Shown here one piece after another: positions 38,738 to 47,115 of a stretch of DNA of 64,000 bases (positions within the stretch are counted from its first letter, which is position 1; each line of letters begins with the position of its first letter). Source of the stretch: Verrucomicrobiota bacterium (GTDB taxonomy: Bacteria; Verrucomicrobiota; Verrucomicrobiia; Limisphaerales; Palsa-1400); assembly GCA_049510745.1 (NCBI GenBank), contig JBEKYR010000019.1, positions 1 through 64,000 of the forward strand. The letters are read 5' to 3'. The notes under the pieces were generated by a model, which was not told the origin of the DNA, ran no database searches, and saw only the letters and a program-made list of their open reading frames with translations. The translations under genes were made by a program, and so were the position numbers.

Positions 38738-40009
38738 ATGAAACTTTCCAAACAACTGTTCCTGGCCGGAATGGTTCTCGCCGGCGCCGCCTTCGCGCAA
38801 TCCGAGCAATGGCTGGAATACCACACCGGCGCCGAGGGCCGCGCCTACCAGCAGGTGGAACTGACCACCAATCCGCCCCCCGGCGTCGCTCTGCCGAAGT
38901 TCAATGCGCCGCCCTATTTCGCCCGCTGGCTCACGCCGATGGACCCCGCCGGCGGGCGCTGGCTCTGCCTGGACCGCACGCGCAAGTCCGGACCCTATGA
39001 CCGGCTGTTCTTTGACAACAACGGCAATGGCCGGCTGGACGACAAATCGCCCCTCCCGGCGCGGCTGGATTCCTCCTTCGCCTATTTTCCGCCAGCCCGC
39101 GTTGTGTTCAAGGGCGAGGACGGGCCGATCACCTATCATCTTGTCTTCCGCTTCTATCAATACGAAAAGAATCCCCCGCAATTGCTGGCCTCCTCCGCCG
39201 GCTGGTATGAAGGTCTGGTCAATTTCGACGGCGCGAAAAAGCGCATTCAACTCATCGACGGCAACGTCAACGGCACGTTCAACGACGTCGCCCCGGACCC
39301 GTATGACTGCGACCGCGTCCAAGTCGAGGGCGACAAGACCAGCGAACGGTTTTTGGGCCGGATGCTGGAAGTGGACGGGAAGTTTTACCGGATCGAAGCC
39401 GCCCGCGACGGCGCGTTCGTCAAAGTGCAGAAGGCGGAGAACGTCACCCTCGGCCAGGTGCGTGTGCCGGAAAACATTTCCGAATTCGCCGCCTTCGGCC
39501 CGAACGGCCATTTCGTGCGCACACCGGCGGACGGCCAATTCACCTTGCCGGCGGGCCATTACCGGATTTTCCACTGGACGATCAGCCGCAAGGATGAAAA
39601 GGGCGCGCCGTGGACGCTCTCAGGCTATAATTTTCCCAAAACCGCCACCTTCGAGGTCGCCGCCGATAAGACCGCCTTGGTGCAAATCGGTGAGCCGGTG
39701 CAAGCCGTGCTCAAGGCGGCGGAGGGCGCCAAGCGTCAAGTCGATTTCAGCCTCAGCTTCGTGGGCCGGCAAAAGGAATCCATCGAGATGCTGTGCGACG
39801 GCCAGCGCCCGCGCGGGCCGAAATTGACGTTGGCCAACAGCGACGGGACGCTGTGTTATACGAACACTTTCGAGTTTGGATGAGGCGGCGTTTGCTCGCT
39901 CTCATGGCGGGAGCCTAAAAATGTGCGGCGTCCGTTGGTTGGCGGCGTCAAAATTTTCAGCCCGTTCCAGGTGCTGACGAGTCCGTTGACGCTCGCGCCA
40001 AAAAAATAA
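38738..40009 (+). CDS. Putative exported selenoprotein (FEFG-U-GGVC), paralogue of the preceding gene; TGA 39881-39883 read as Sec
   Basis: Signal peptide. Read-through adds UGGVCSLSWREPK...LAPKK up to TAA at 40007-40009, 12 nt before the next ATG. Confidence 0.78.
39898..39914 (+). promoter_or_regulatory. Putative SECIS element 3
   Basis: TGA, then 14 nt, then GCTCTC-ATGGC-GGGAGC. Confidence 0.8.
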
Positions 40010-40021
40010 ACTGATCATCGC

Positions 40022-43000
40022 ATGAAAACGACACGGCAATTCCTTCTGGTCTCTGCCGCTTGGGCGCTCCTGGGCGTCAGCACGCACGCCCAGACGCTGG
40101 AGCGGGTGGGGGTTCAAAAAGTGGCGGACACAGCCACGAACGCTGGCGCGCAAAAACTTACCGGAACGGTCACCGACGCCGCCGGCCATCCCCTGGCCGG
40201 CGCGACGGTGGAGTATTGGCGTTACGAGGGAAATCGGCTCCTGGCGAGTCCCTTGGAATTGATCGGGCAAATCACTACGGAAACGAACGGCGCTTTTGAA
40301 TTCCAACTCTCGCGGGCGGCCGGATTCCTCCTGGCACGAAAGCCGGGCCTGGCCCCGGCCTGGATACAATTGGGCCAGCCGTATCCTTCCGTCGGTGACA
40401 GGGGAGAGAATTTGATGCTGACTCCGCCCGCGGCGCTGGCGGGCGTGGTGGTGGACGAAGCGGACAAACCTGTTCCAAACGCCCGGGTTTCCGTGGCCAT
40501 TGCCATCTCCGAAATGTCGCAGGAGGAGGGAGCGCGAAGTCTTAATTATTTCACTGGCAAACCCGCGCGCGATTGTTTTGCCGCCCGCACGGATGCCGCC
40601 GGCCGTTTCCGCATCGAGAATTTTCCGACCAATGGCACGGCCGCCCTGACCGTTCAGGCGCCGGGAAAAGCTCTGCGCCAATCACCGCAGGAAGCCGGCG
40701 GCATGGACTCGCTGCCTTGGCGCGCGGGCCAGCAAGACATCAAATTGGTCGTGGAACCGGCCGGCAGCGTCGAAGGAAGGATTATCGTCGAGGGCAGCAA
40801 TCAACCGCCGCCCGTCGCGCGGCTGACGTTGCAGCCCGATGGGCCGGGCTTTGCCGCGCTTGACGAGCGCGAGCCGGCGCCATCCGGCGCGGACGGCGCG
40901 TTCCAACTCAGCGACGTGCCCGCCGGTTCTTATCACATTCATGCCGTCTTTGGAACCAATGCCGTTCCGGAATGGGTCGCAGACATGGTTCCAGTTTCGG
41001 TTGAGTCCGGCCAACCCACGCGCGGCGTGCAGGTGACTGCGGTGCGCGGCGGCGTGCTGGAAGTGGCCGTGCTGGGTCAAAATGATCGCAAACCACTGGC
41101 GCAAATTATGGTCAATGCCGTCAAGGAGAATTTTCAATCCGCCGCCAGTTCGGACAGCAACGGCATCGCTCTCCTGCGGCTGCCGCCTGGAGATTATCAG
41201 GTGGCGGCGTTTCGTGAATCCATGCCCGCGAGCCAGACTCCCGCCAGCGTGGAAGCCGGCAAAACCAACCGCGTGGAGATTGAAATCGCCCCGCCGAGAA
41301 AAATCACCGGCATCGTCCGCCAACCGGACGGCCAGCTGGCGGCGGGGTTGCGGGTGAGATTGGTGGGTGGGTTTGGCCCCGGGGCGGGCGAAGTCAAGAC
41401 CGATCCCGGCGGCCAGTTTAGTTTGGAATGGAATCAGCGCCGATTCGGACAGAACGACACGACTGCCTGCGTTCTCGTGCGGGACGCGGAACACAATCTG
41501 GCCGTGGCGCAGGACATTGACGAAGACACCGGCCCGCTCGACCTGAAACTCGCGCCGGGGCTGACGCTGGCGGGCCGGGCGGAATCCGACGGCAAACCCC
41601 TCACGAACGCGGCCGCCGCGCTGATTTTCTTTACCGGCAGAAGGGGCATGCACCTCGCCGGATTGAGCCGCGAAACCAACACGCCGGGCCGGTTTGAAAT
41701 TCCCGCCATTCCGCCCGGACGAAAATACGGCGTCCTGGTCTCCGCTCCGGGTTACGGACAGAAGGCGAATTACGATGTGAATGCCGCCGCCGAAGGTGGC
41801 CGCATGGAACTGGATCCCTTTGAGCTTAAACCTGCCAACCTCAAACTCGCCGGCCAGTTGCTCGACGCGGACGACAAGCCGGTCGCAGGCGCCTATGTGA
41901 ATCTTTACGGAGAGGGCCAGCCCAGTGCAAACGCGCGCACGGACCGCGAGGGTCGCTTCCGCTTCGAGCATGTCTGCGAAGGCCCGGCTCGAATCTCGGC
42001 CAACAAGCAGAATTCATTCGGCAATATGTCGGCGGAAGGCGGCGACACCAACGTCGTTCTGCGGCTCGGTCAAACCCTCAACAACTCCCCGGGTTCCACC
42101 GCCCATAAACTCAAAGGCACTGTGACCGACCCCGACGGCAAACCCGCCGCCGGCGCGCAGTTGGCGGTGTTTCCGTCCTTTGATGTGAGTTGGACAAAGA
42201 CCGCGACCAACGGCGCCTTCAGCCTCACTTGGTCGCTCCAGCCCTGGCAAATGCAGCAGTCAGGCGGCGCCGCGCTGCTGGTGGCCCGCGACCCGGCCCG
42301 CAATCTGGCCGCCACCGAAGAGTTGCCGGAGGAAACCACCAACCTCGACGTGAAATTGAAACCGGCCCTGACCGTCACCGGACTGGTTGAAAAAGATGAC
42401 GACTCTCCACTCGCGGGCGCGCAGGTCGGTGTCTGGCTCAAGGCGGGCAACATGTACGACCAGTTGAACCAACAAATGGCTGGGACCGACGCCCAAGGCC
42501 GCTACGAAATCAAGTGCCTGCCGCCGGATGCGTCATACATTGTTTTCGCCACCGCCAGCGGCCACGGTCGAAGCCAGCAGCAAGTTCAGAACGATTCCGA
42601 AACAAACCGCGTGGAACTATCGCCCTTCGTCCTCAAGCTGGCCGACCGTTTTTTGGCCGGCCAGGTGCTCAACGAAAATGACAAGCCCGTTTCCGGCGCG
42701 AACGTGTCGTTGAATGGCGAAGACCAGCCCCAAGCCAGCATGACCACCGACAGCAAGGGCCGCTTTCACTTCCAGGTTTGCGAAGGGCAGGTCCGCCTCT
42801 TCGCCAATTCCCCCCAAGGCGGTGAATTCGCGCAAGCCACCGCCGAAGCGGGCGACACCAACGTCGTGATGACTTTGAGTTCCCAGGCGGGGAATATCCG
42901 CGAGACACCGCACCGCGCCTCGCTCAAAGGCAGTCCGCTGCCGGACTTGGCGGCCGTCAATCTCGCCGGCGACGCCGCCCCCGCCGGCCAGCCGGTGTTG

Positions 43001-43327
43001 TTATGCCTGTTCGACGCGGGCCAGCGTTCGTCGCGACACGTCGTCCACCAGTTGGATGGACAGGCCCCCGCGCTGCGGCAGCAAGGCGTCACGGTGCTGG
43101 GCGTTCAAGCCGCGGTCACCAGCGATGACATACTCAACGAATGGAAAAGCGCCAGTCCGGTTTCATTCCCGCTCGGACGCGTGGCGGAGAAATCCGAAAA
43201 ATCAAAATGGGCCTTGGCCGTTCCGGCCTTGCCGTGGCTGATCCTGGCCGACGCCCATCATCGCATCATCGCCGAAGGCTTCCCGCTCGACGACCTGGAC
43301 GCGCAGATCAAAACCCTGGCCAAGTGA
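40022..43327 (+). CDS. Exported protein with repeated carboxypeptidase-regulatory-like domains and a C-terminal thioredoxin-like domain lacking CxxC
   Basis: Signal peptide and repeated G.V.D..GKP.AGA.V...TD..GRF units. C-terminal GSPLPDL...GQPVLLCLFDAGQRSSR...ALPWLILAD..II. Confidence 0.75.
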   Translation: MKTTRQFLLVSAAWALLGVSTHAQTLERVGVQKVADTATNAGAQKLTGTVTDAAGHPLAGATVEYWRYEGNRLLASPLELIGQITTETNGAFEFQLSRAAGFLLARKPGLAPAWIQLGQPYPSVGDRGENLMLTPPAALAGVVVDEADKPVPNARVSVAIAISEMSQEEGARSLNYFTGKPARDCFAARTDAAGRFRIENFPTNGTAALTVQAPGKALRQSPQEAGGMDSLPWRAGQQDIKLVVEPAGSVEGRIIVEGSNQPPPVARLTLQPDGPGFAALDEREPAPSGADGAFQLSDVPAGSYHIHAVFGTNAVPEWVADMVPVSVESGQPTRGVQVTAVRGGVLEVAVLGQNDRKPLAQIMVNAVKENFQSAASSDSNGIALLRLPPGDYQVAAFRESMPASQTPASVEAGKTNRVEIEIAPPRKITGIVRQPDGQLAAGLRVRLVGGFGPGAGEVKTDPGGQFSLEWNQRRFGQNDTTACVLVRDAEHNLAVAQDIDEDTGPLDLKLAPGLTLAGRAESDGKPLTNAAAALIFFTGRRGMHLAGLSRETNTPGRFEIPAIPPGRKYGVLVSAPGYGQKANYDVNAAAEGGRMELDPFELKPANLKLAGQLLDADDKPVAGAYVNLYGEGQPSANARTDREGRFRFEHVCEGPARISANKQNSFGNMSAEGGDTNVVLRLGQTLNNSPGSTAHKLKGTVTDPDGKPAAGAQLAVFPSFDVSWTKTATNGAFSLTWSLQPWQMQQSGGAALLVARDPARNLAATEELPEETTNLDVKLKPALTVTGLVEKDDDSPLAGAQVGVWLKAGNMYDQLNQQMAGTDAQGRYEIKCLPPDASYIVFATASGHGRSQQQVQNDSETNRVELSPFVLKLADRFLAGQVLNENDKPVSGANVSLNGEDQPQASMTTDSKGRFHFQVCEGQVRLFANSPQGGEFAQATAEAGDTNVVMTLSSQAGNIRETPHRASLKGSPLPDLAAVNLAGDAAPAGQPVLLCLFDAGQRSSRHVVHQLDGQAPALRQQGVTVLGVQAAVTSDDILNEWKSASPVSFPLGRVAEKSEKSKWALAVPALPWLILADAHHRIIAEGFPLDDLDAQIKTLAK

Positions 43328-43412
43328 TCGCCCCAACTTGGCGACGTCTTGGGAGCGCGACCGTCCCGTTCGCCTCCGCCGCCGTCTCGCCGGCGGAAAA
43401 CTCCCGACGCTA

Positions 43413-43754
43413 TCACGGAACTTTGACCGTCAAATCCGCGTAATCCGCCTCATGTATCCGAAGACTCTCGCCGGAAACAAACTGCCATCCCTGTGCCCAG
43501 CCAAACTCCCTCATCTTCTTCGCCCCGATGACGAATTCCGCCTTCTTGGCTTCCCCGGTCGTCGGGCTTCTCGCCTCGACAAGGACCTTTATGGTTGCGT
43601 CGGAGTTGTTGTGAATCTGCGCGACTATGCTGCTGCCAACCGCCGCTTTGCGGAATGACACGGAGACGGGCAAATCCTGCTTTGGCTTGCAACCGCCGGC
43701 CAGAGCGGCCAGTGCAATGACGAAGACAATTCCGGCAATGATGGCTTTCTTCAT
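43413..43754 (-). CDS. Small lipoprotein
   Basis: MKKAIIAGIVFVIALAALAGGC, a lipobox-like signal starting at ATG 43754. Confidence 0.65.
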   Translation of the reverse strand: MKKAIIAGIVFVIALAALAGGCKPKQDLPVSVSFRKAAVGSSIVAQIHNNSDATIKVLVEARSPTTGEAKKAEFVIGAKKMREFGWAQGWQFVSGESLRIHEADYADLTVKVP

Positions 43755-43962
43755 GCCCTCCATTACGGCAGAACAGCGGAAATCTTGCAAGCCGTCCTTA
43801 CGCGCCGTCTGTTTTGACGCATTTCGCTTGTGTTCCTTCGGAAAAACGGCCAAAAGGGTGGCCGGGAATGAAGGTCCATTTTGTTGCCGCGGACAGGCGT
43901 CCAGTCCCGGTTGGTTTTTAGGCTTGCCGGGGTGAAGAGGGACACGTTGCCTTCCCGACGAA

Positions 43963-45801
43963 ATGAAAACGTCTATGAAAACAACAAAAGCATTATTTGG
44001 AATTTTCGCCATTATGGCGGCTCTCGCGATTCAGACCCAGGCCCAAACTTTTCTCACCAACGGTCTGGTGGCGTATTACCCTTTCAACGGGAATGCGAAT
44101 GATGCGAGCGGCAATGGCAATAACCTTGCCAACCATGGCGCAACGCTATGCGCGGACCGATTCGGCAACCCAAATCAAGCATACAGTTTCAATGGGAGCA
44201 GTTATCTTGGGTCTTCAACTGTGCCGTTAAGCCAAATTGACAACTGGACTGTGGTTGCATGGATAAATCTGGCATCGCTCAATCAAGTGGAAGCGTATGT
44301 TGTCTGTATGGGTTATGATGATGGCGGTAGTGGCAATGGATATGCTTTGGGTGTCGCGGGAGGAAACCAGTTGGGCGCGTTTTTTGGCGGCGTAGGCGGT
44401 TTTCCCGGCGGATATGTGTTTCCCTCCACCAACCAATGGTATCAGGTTGTGATGTTGCGAAGTTCTGGATCAACAATGTTCTATGTAAATGGAGTTTTGA
44501 CAACAAACGGCATTCTAAATACGCCGGGAACGCCAACTTCCTTTGAAATCGGTTCAGCCACTGGCATTCGGTTTTTTAACGGAGCAATTGACGACGTTCG
44601 CATTTACAACCGTGCCCTCTCGGCTTCAGAAGTTCAGGAACTTTACCAATACGAGTCGGTGCTCAAATCTTATCAGGCCACTGCCACCGCAGAGGTAATC
44701 AACGGGTTTGTGACGGGTGTAACCATTACCTATCCCGGTTATGGCTACACGAACACGCCGACCGTGACAATCACCGGTGGTGGCGGCAGTGGGGCGCAGG
44801 CCGTGGCCGTGGTCAGCAACGGGTTCGTCGTGGCCATCGACGTTTTGGATGCGGGCGCCGGCTACACCAACACGCCACTAATCGTCATCGACCCGCCTTT
44901 GTATCCTTATCCAGCCACAGCCGCCGCCAACGTTGTCAACGGGTTTGTGGTCGGCGCCACCATTCTCTATGGCGGTTCTCGCTACACGAACACGCCCACC
45001 GTGAAAATCATCGGTGGCGGCGGCAGTGGGGCGCAGGGCGTGGCCGTGGTCAGCAATGGGTGCGTCGTGGCCATCGACGTTTTGGATGCGGGTTCCGACT
45101 ACACCAACACACCACTGGTCGTCATCGACCCGCCTTTTATTCCCAATCCAGTTTTGGGCGTCGTTGAACGCATGTCGTCCCTTGCGTTTTCCAACCTGAC
45201 CCTTGGAGGTGTTTATCAATTGCAGCAGTTCGCCGGGGGGTATTATTGGACAAACCAGCCGGTCAACTTCACGGCTACAAACTCTGTCTATACGCAAGTG
45301 GTTTCTGGCACGATGGACAGCGGAGAATACCGCCTGGTGCTCAGTCCAGTTCCGGCCCAGGCATTCGCTGTGCCGGAGGTGGTCAATGGCTTTGTCGTCG
45401 GCGCAACCGTGACGAGCGGCGGCTCCGGCTATGTCACCAACCCGACGGTCAGCTTTGTTGGTGGCGGGGGCATCAATGCCGGGGCGGTTTCCCAAATCTC
45501 CGGTGGCGTGGTGACGAGCATCACCATCACCAACGCAGGCATCGGTTACACCAACACGCCGATAGTTGAAATCGACCCGCCGCCCGCCATCGTCGTGTCA
45601 CCCACCATCCAAATGGTGATGCGGATGGATTCCGCCGATCTGGCTCCGTATGACAATTATCAGATTCAATTCACACCTGCCCTCGGCGGAGCTTGGCGGA
45701 ATTGGGATGGCGGATTATTCAGCCCGACGGACGTGACGAATTCACAATACCTTTTAGTCACGAATACGACAGCGTTTTTCCGCCTGCAATATGTGCCGTG
45801 A
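43963..45801 (+). CDS. Secreted LamG-like domain protein with three G-Y-T-N-x-P repeat modules
   Basis: GLVAYYPFNGNANDASG...FNGAIDDVRIYNRALS, then repeats of VNGFV.G.T....GYTNTP. Confidence 0.85.
   Translation: MKTSMKTTKALFGIFAIMAALAIQTQAQTFLTNGLVAYYPFNGNANDASGNGNNLANHGATLCADRFGNPNQAYSFNGSSYLGSSTVPLSQIDNWTVVAWINLASLNQVEAYVVCMGYDDGGSGNGYALGVAGGNQLGAFFGGVGGFPGGYVFPSTNQWYQVVMLRSSGSTMFYVNGVLTTNGILNTPGTPTSFEIGSATGIRFFNGAIDDVRIYNRALSASEVQELYQYESVLKSYQATATAEVINGFVTGVTITYPGYGYTNTPTVTITGGGGSGAQAVAVVSNGFVVAIDVLDAGAGYTNTPLIVIDPPLYPYPATAAANVVNGFVVGATILYGGSRYTNTPTVKIIGGGGSGAQGVAVVSNGCVVAIDVLDAGSDYTNTPLVVIDPPFIPNPVLGVVERMSSLAFSNLTLGGVYQLQQFAGGYYWTNQPVNFTATNSVYTQVVSGTMDSGEYRLVLSPVPAQAFAVPEVVNGFVVGATVTSGGSGYVTNPTVSFVGGGGINAGAVSQISGGVVTSITITNAGIGYTNTPIVEIDPPPAIVVSPTIQMVMRMDSADLAPYDNYQIQFTPALGGAWRNWDGGLFSPTDVTNSQYLLVTNTTAFFRLQYVP
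44695..45137 (+). repeat. Intragenic tandem duplication, 237-nt period
   Basis: AACGGGTTTGTG at 44701 and 44938; the following sequence is near-identical through GTCATCGACCCGCCTTT. Confidence 0.85.
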
Positions 45802-45827
45802 GCGGCACCGTTACGGGCGGGACGGCC

Positions 45828-46535
45828 TCATTTGCCCTGCAGTTTCTTGAGTGCCTCCGCCGGAGCGTCGAGTTTGGTTGACCCAATGTCCTTGATCTCA
45901 AATGTGCGGGTCATATCAAAGTCCTGCTCTTCCTGGTCGGGGCCCATAGTGATCTTGCCCTGGAGGTGCGATTCGAACTTGGTCAGCACCCCATCCTTGA
46001 CCCAATACTTGACGGAACCCTTGGCGTTTTTGGGGGGCGGCGGCCCATTGGTGCCTTGGCTTGGGCCAAACGTCAGCGAATCCTTGGCTCCCTGGTCGGT
46101 CAGGTCGGCGCTGAAGGCTCCGGCTTCGCCCGCTTTGAGTTCTTTCGCCTTCAGCCGCGTGCTTTCGGCTTCATCGGCGGCCGTGCCGTAACGGGTGATC
46201 CACCCGGCCATCATCATGGACATGCCATCGGATGCGTCGGGCACGCGCCATTCGCCCTCGATCTTGAGGGCGACTTTGTTGCCTTTGAACACGGCGTCCA
46301 GGGTGTTGTCGCCCATTTCCTGGGAAATCACCGCATAGCCGTCTTTTTCGGTTCGCCCTTTGAGCGGCCCCGGCTCGAAGGGCGCGCCGGGCATCTTCAG
46401 GGTCATGGTCCAACTGTAATTGGTCGAGCTTTTGAGTTTGGCGATGGCGTCCTTGACGGCGTCGCCGGCGGAAGGATCAGCGGCCAGGACGGTTCCGGCG
46501 CTCAACGCCGCCACTAAGAAGAGGGCATTTTTCAT
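45828..46535 (-). CDS. Exported hypothetical protein
   Basis: MKNALFLVAALSAGTVLAA signal peptide from ATG 46535. Confidence 0.75.
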   Translation of the reverse strand: MKNALFLVAALSAGTVLAADPSAGDAVKDAIAKLKSSTNYSWTMTLKMPGAPFEPGPLKGRTEKDGYAVISQEMGDNTLDAVFKGNKVALKIEGEWRVPDASDGMSMMMAGWITRYGTAADEAESTRLKAKELKAGEAGAFSADLTDQGAKDSLTFGPSQGTNGPPPPKNAKGSVKYWVKDGVLTKFESHLQGKITMGPDQEEQDFDMTRTFEIKDIGSTKLDAPAEALKKLQGK

Positions 46536-46740
46536 AAGTTTGATACGGTTGTTCATCGGGCAACAGATACCGCCGATGGTGTTTTGTTGCAAACTATTTT
46601 GAAAAATCTGTTTTGAATAATCATCGCGGGTGGGCCGGAGCCGGGATTTTTTCCGTTCCAGAAAACCGGGATGCGCCCCGGGTTCGCCGATCTGTTCCTC
46701 CCGGCTTGCCACAGCGGGAGAATGCGGTAATCTTTCCGCG

Positions 46741-47115
46741 ATGAGCATGTTCAAAGTGAGCGTCGTCGCGCGCAACACCAAAGACGAAAGTTTGATCGCT
46801 CCGCCCGTCGAGGTGCCGGTGGACACCGGCTCCGAATTGACCTGGCTGCCCAAGGACCTGCTGTCTGGCATCAAGGTGTCGCCGGTGCGCAAACGCGGTT
46901 TTACCACCGCCACGAAACAACAGGTGACGCGCGAGACCGGCTACGCCATTGTCAGCGCCGAGGGTTTTGAAACGGTGGACGAAGTGGTTTTCGCGGAGTC
47001 GGGCGACATGACCCTGCTCGGCGTGAGAACTTTGGAGGGCTTTGGCGTCATGGTGGACAACATCGCCCATCGGTTTGTTGCCACCACGACGATCGTAGCC
47101 GTTGCCGGCCAGTGA
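46741..47115 (+). CDS. Clan AA aspartic-protease-like protein
   Basis: VDTGSELTWLP and LLGVRTLEGFG.VD. Confidence 0.75.
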   Translation: MSMFKVSVVARNTKDESLIAPPVEVPVDTGSELTWLPKDLLSGIKVSPVRKRGFTTATKQQVTRETGYAIVSAEGFETVDEVVFAESGDMTLLGVRTLEGFGVMVDNIAHRFVATTTIVAVAGQ

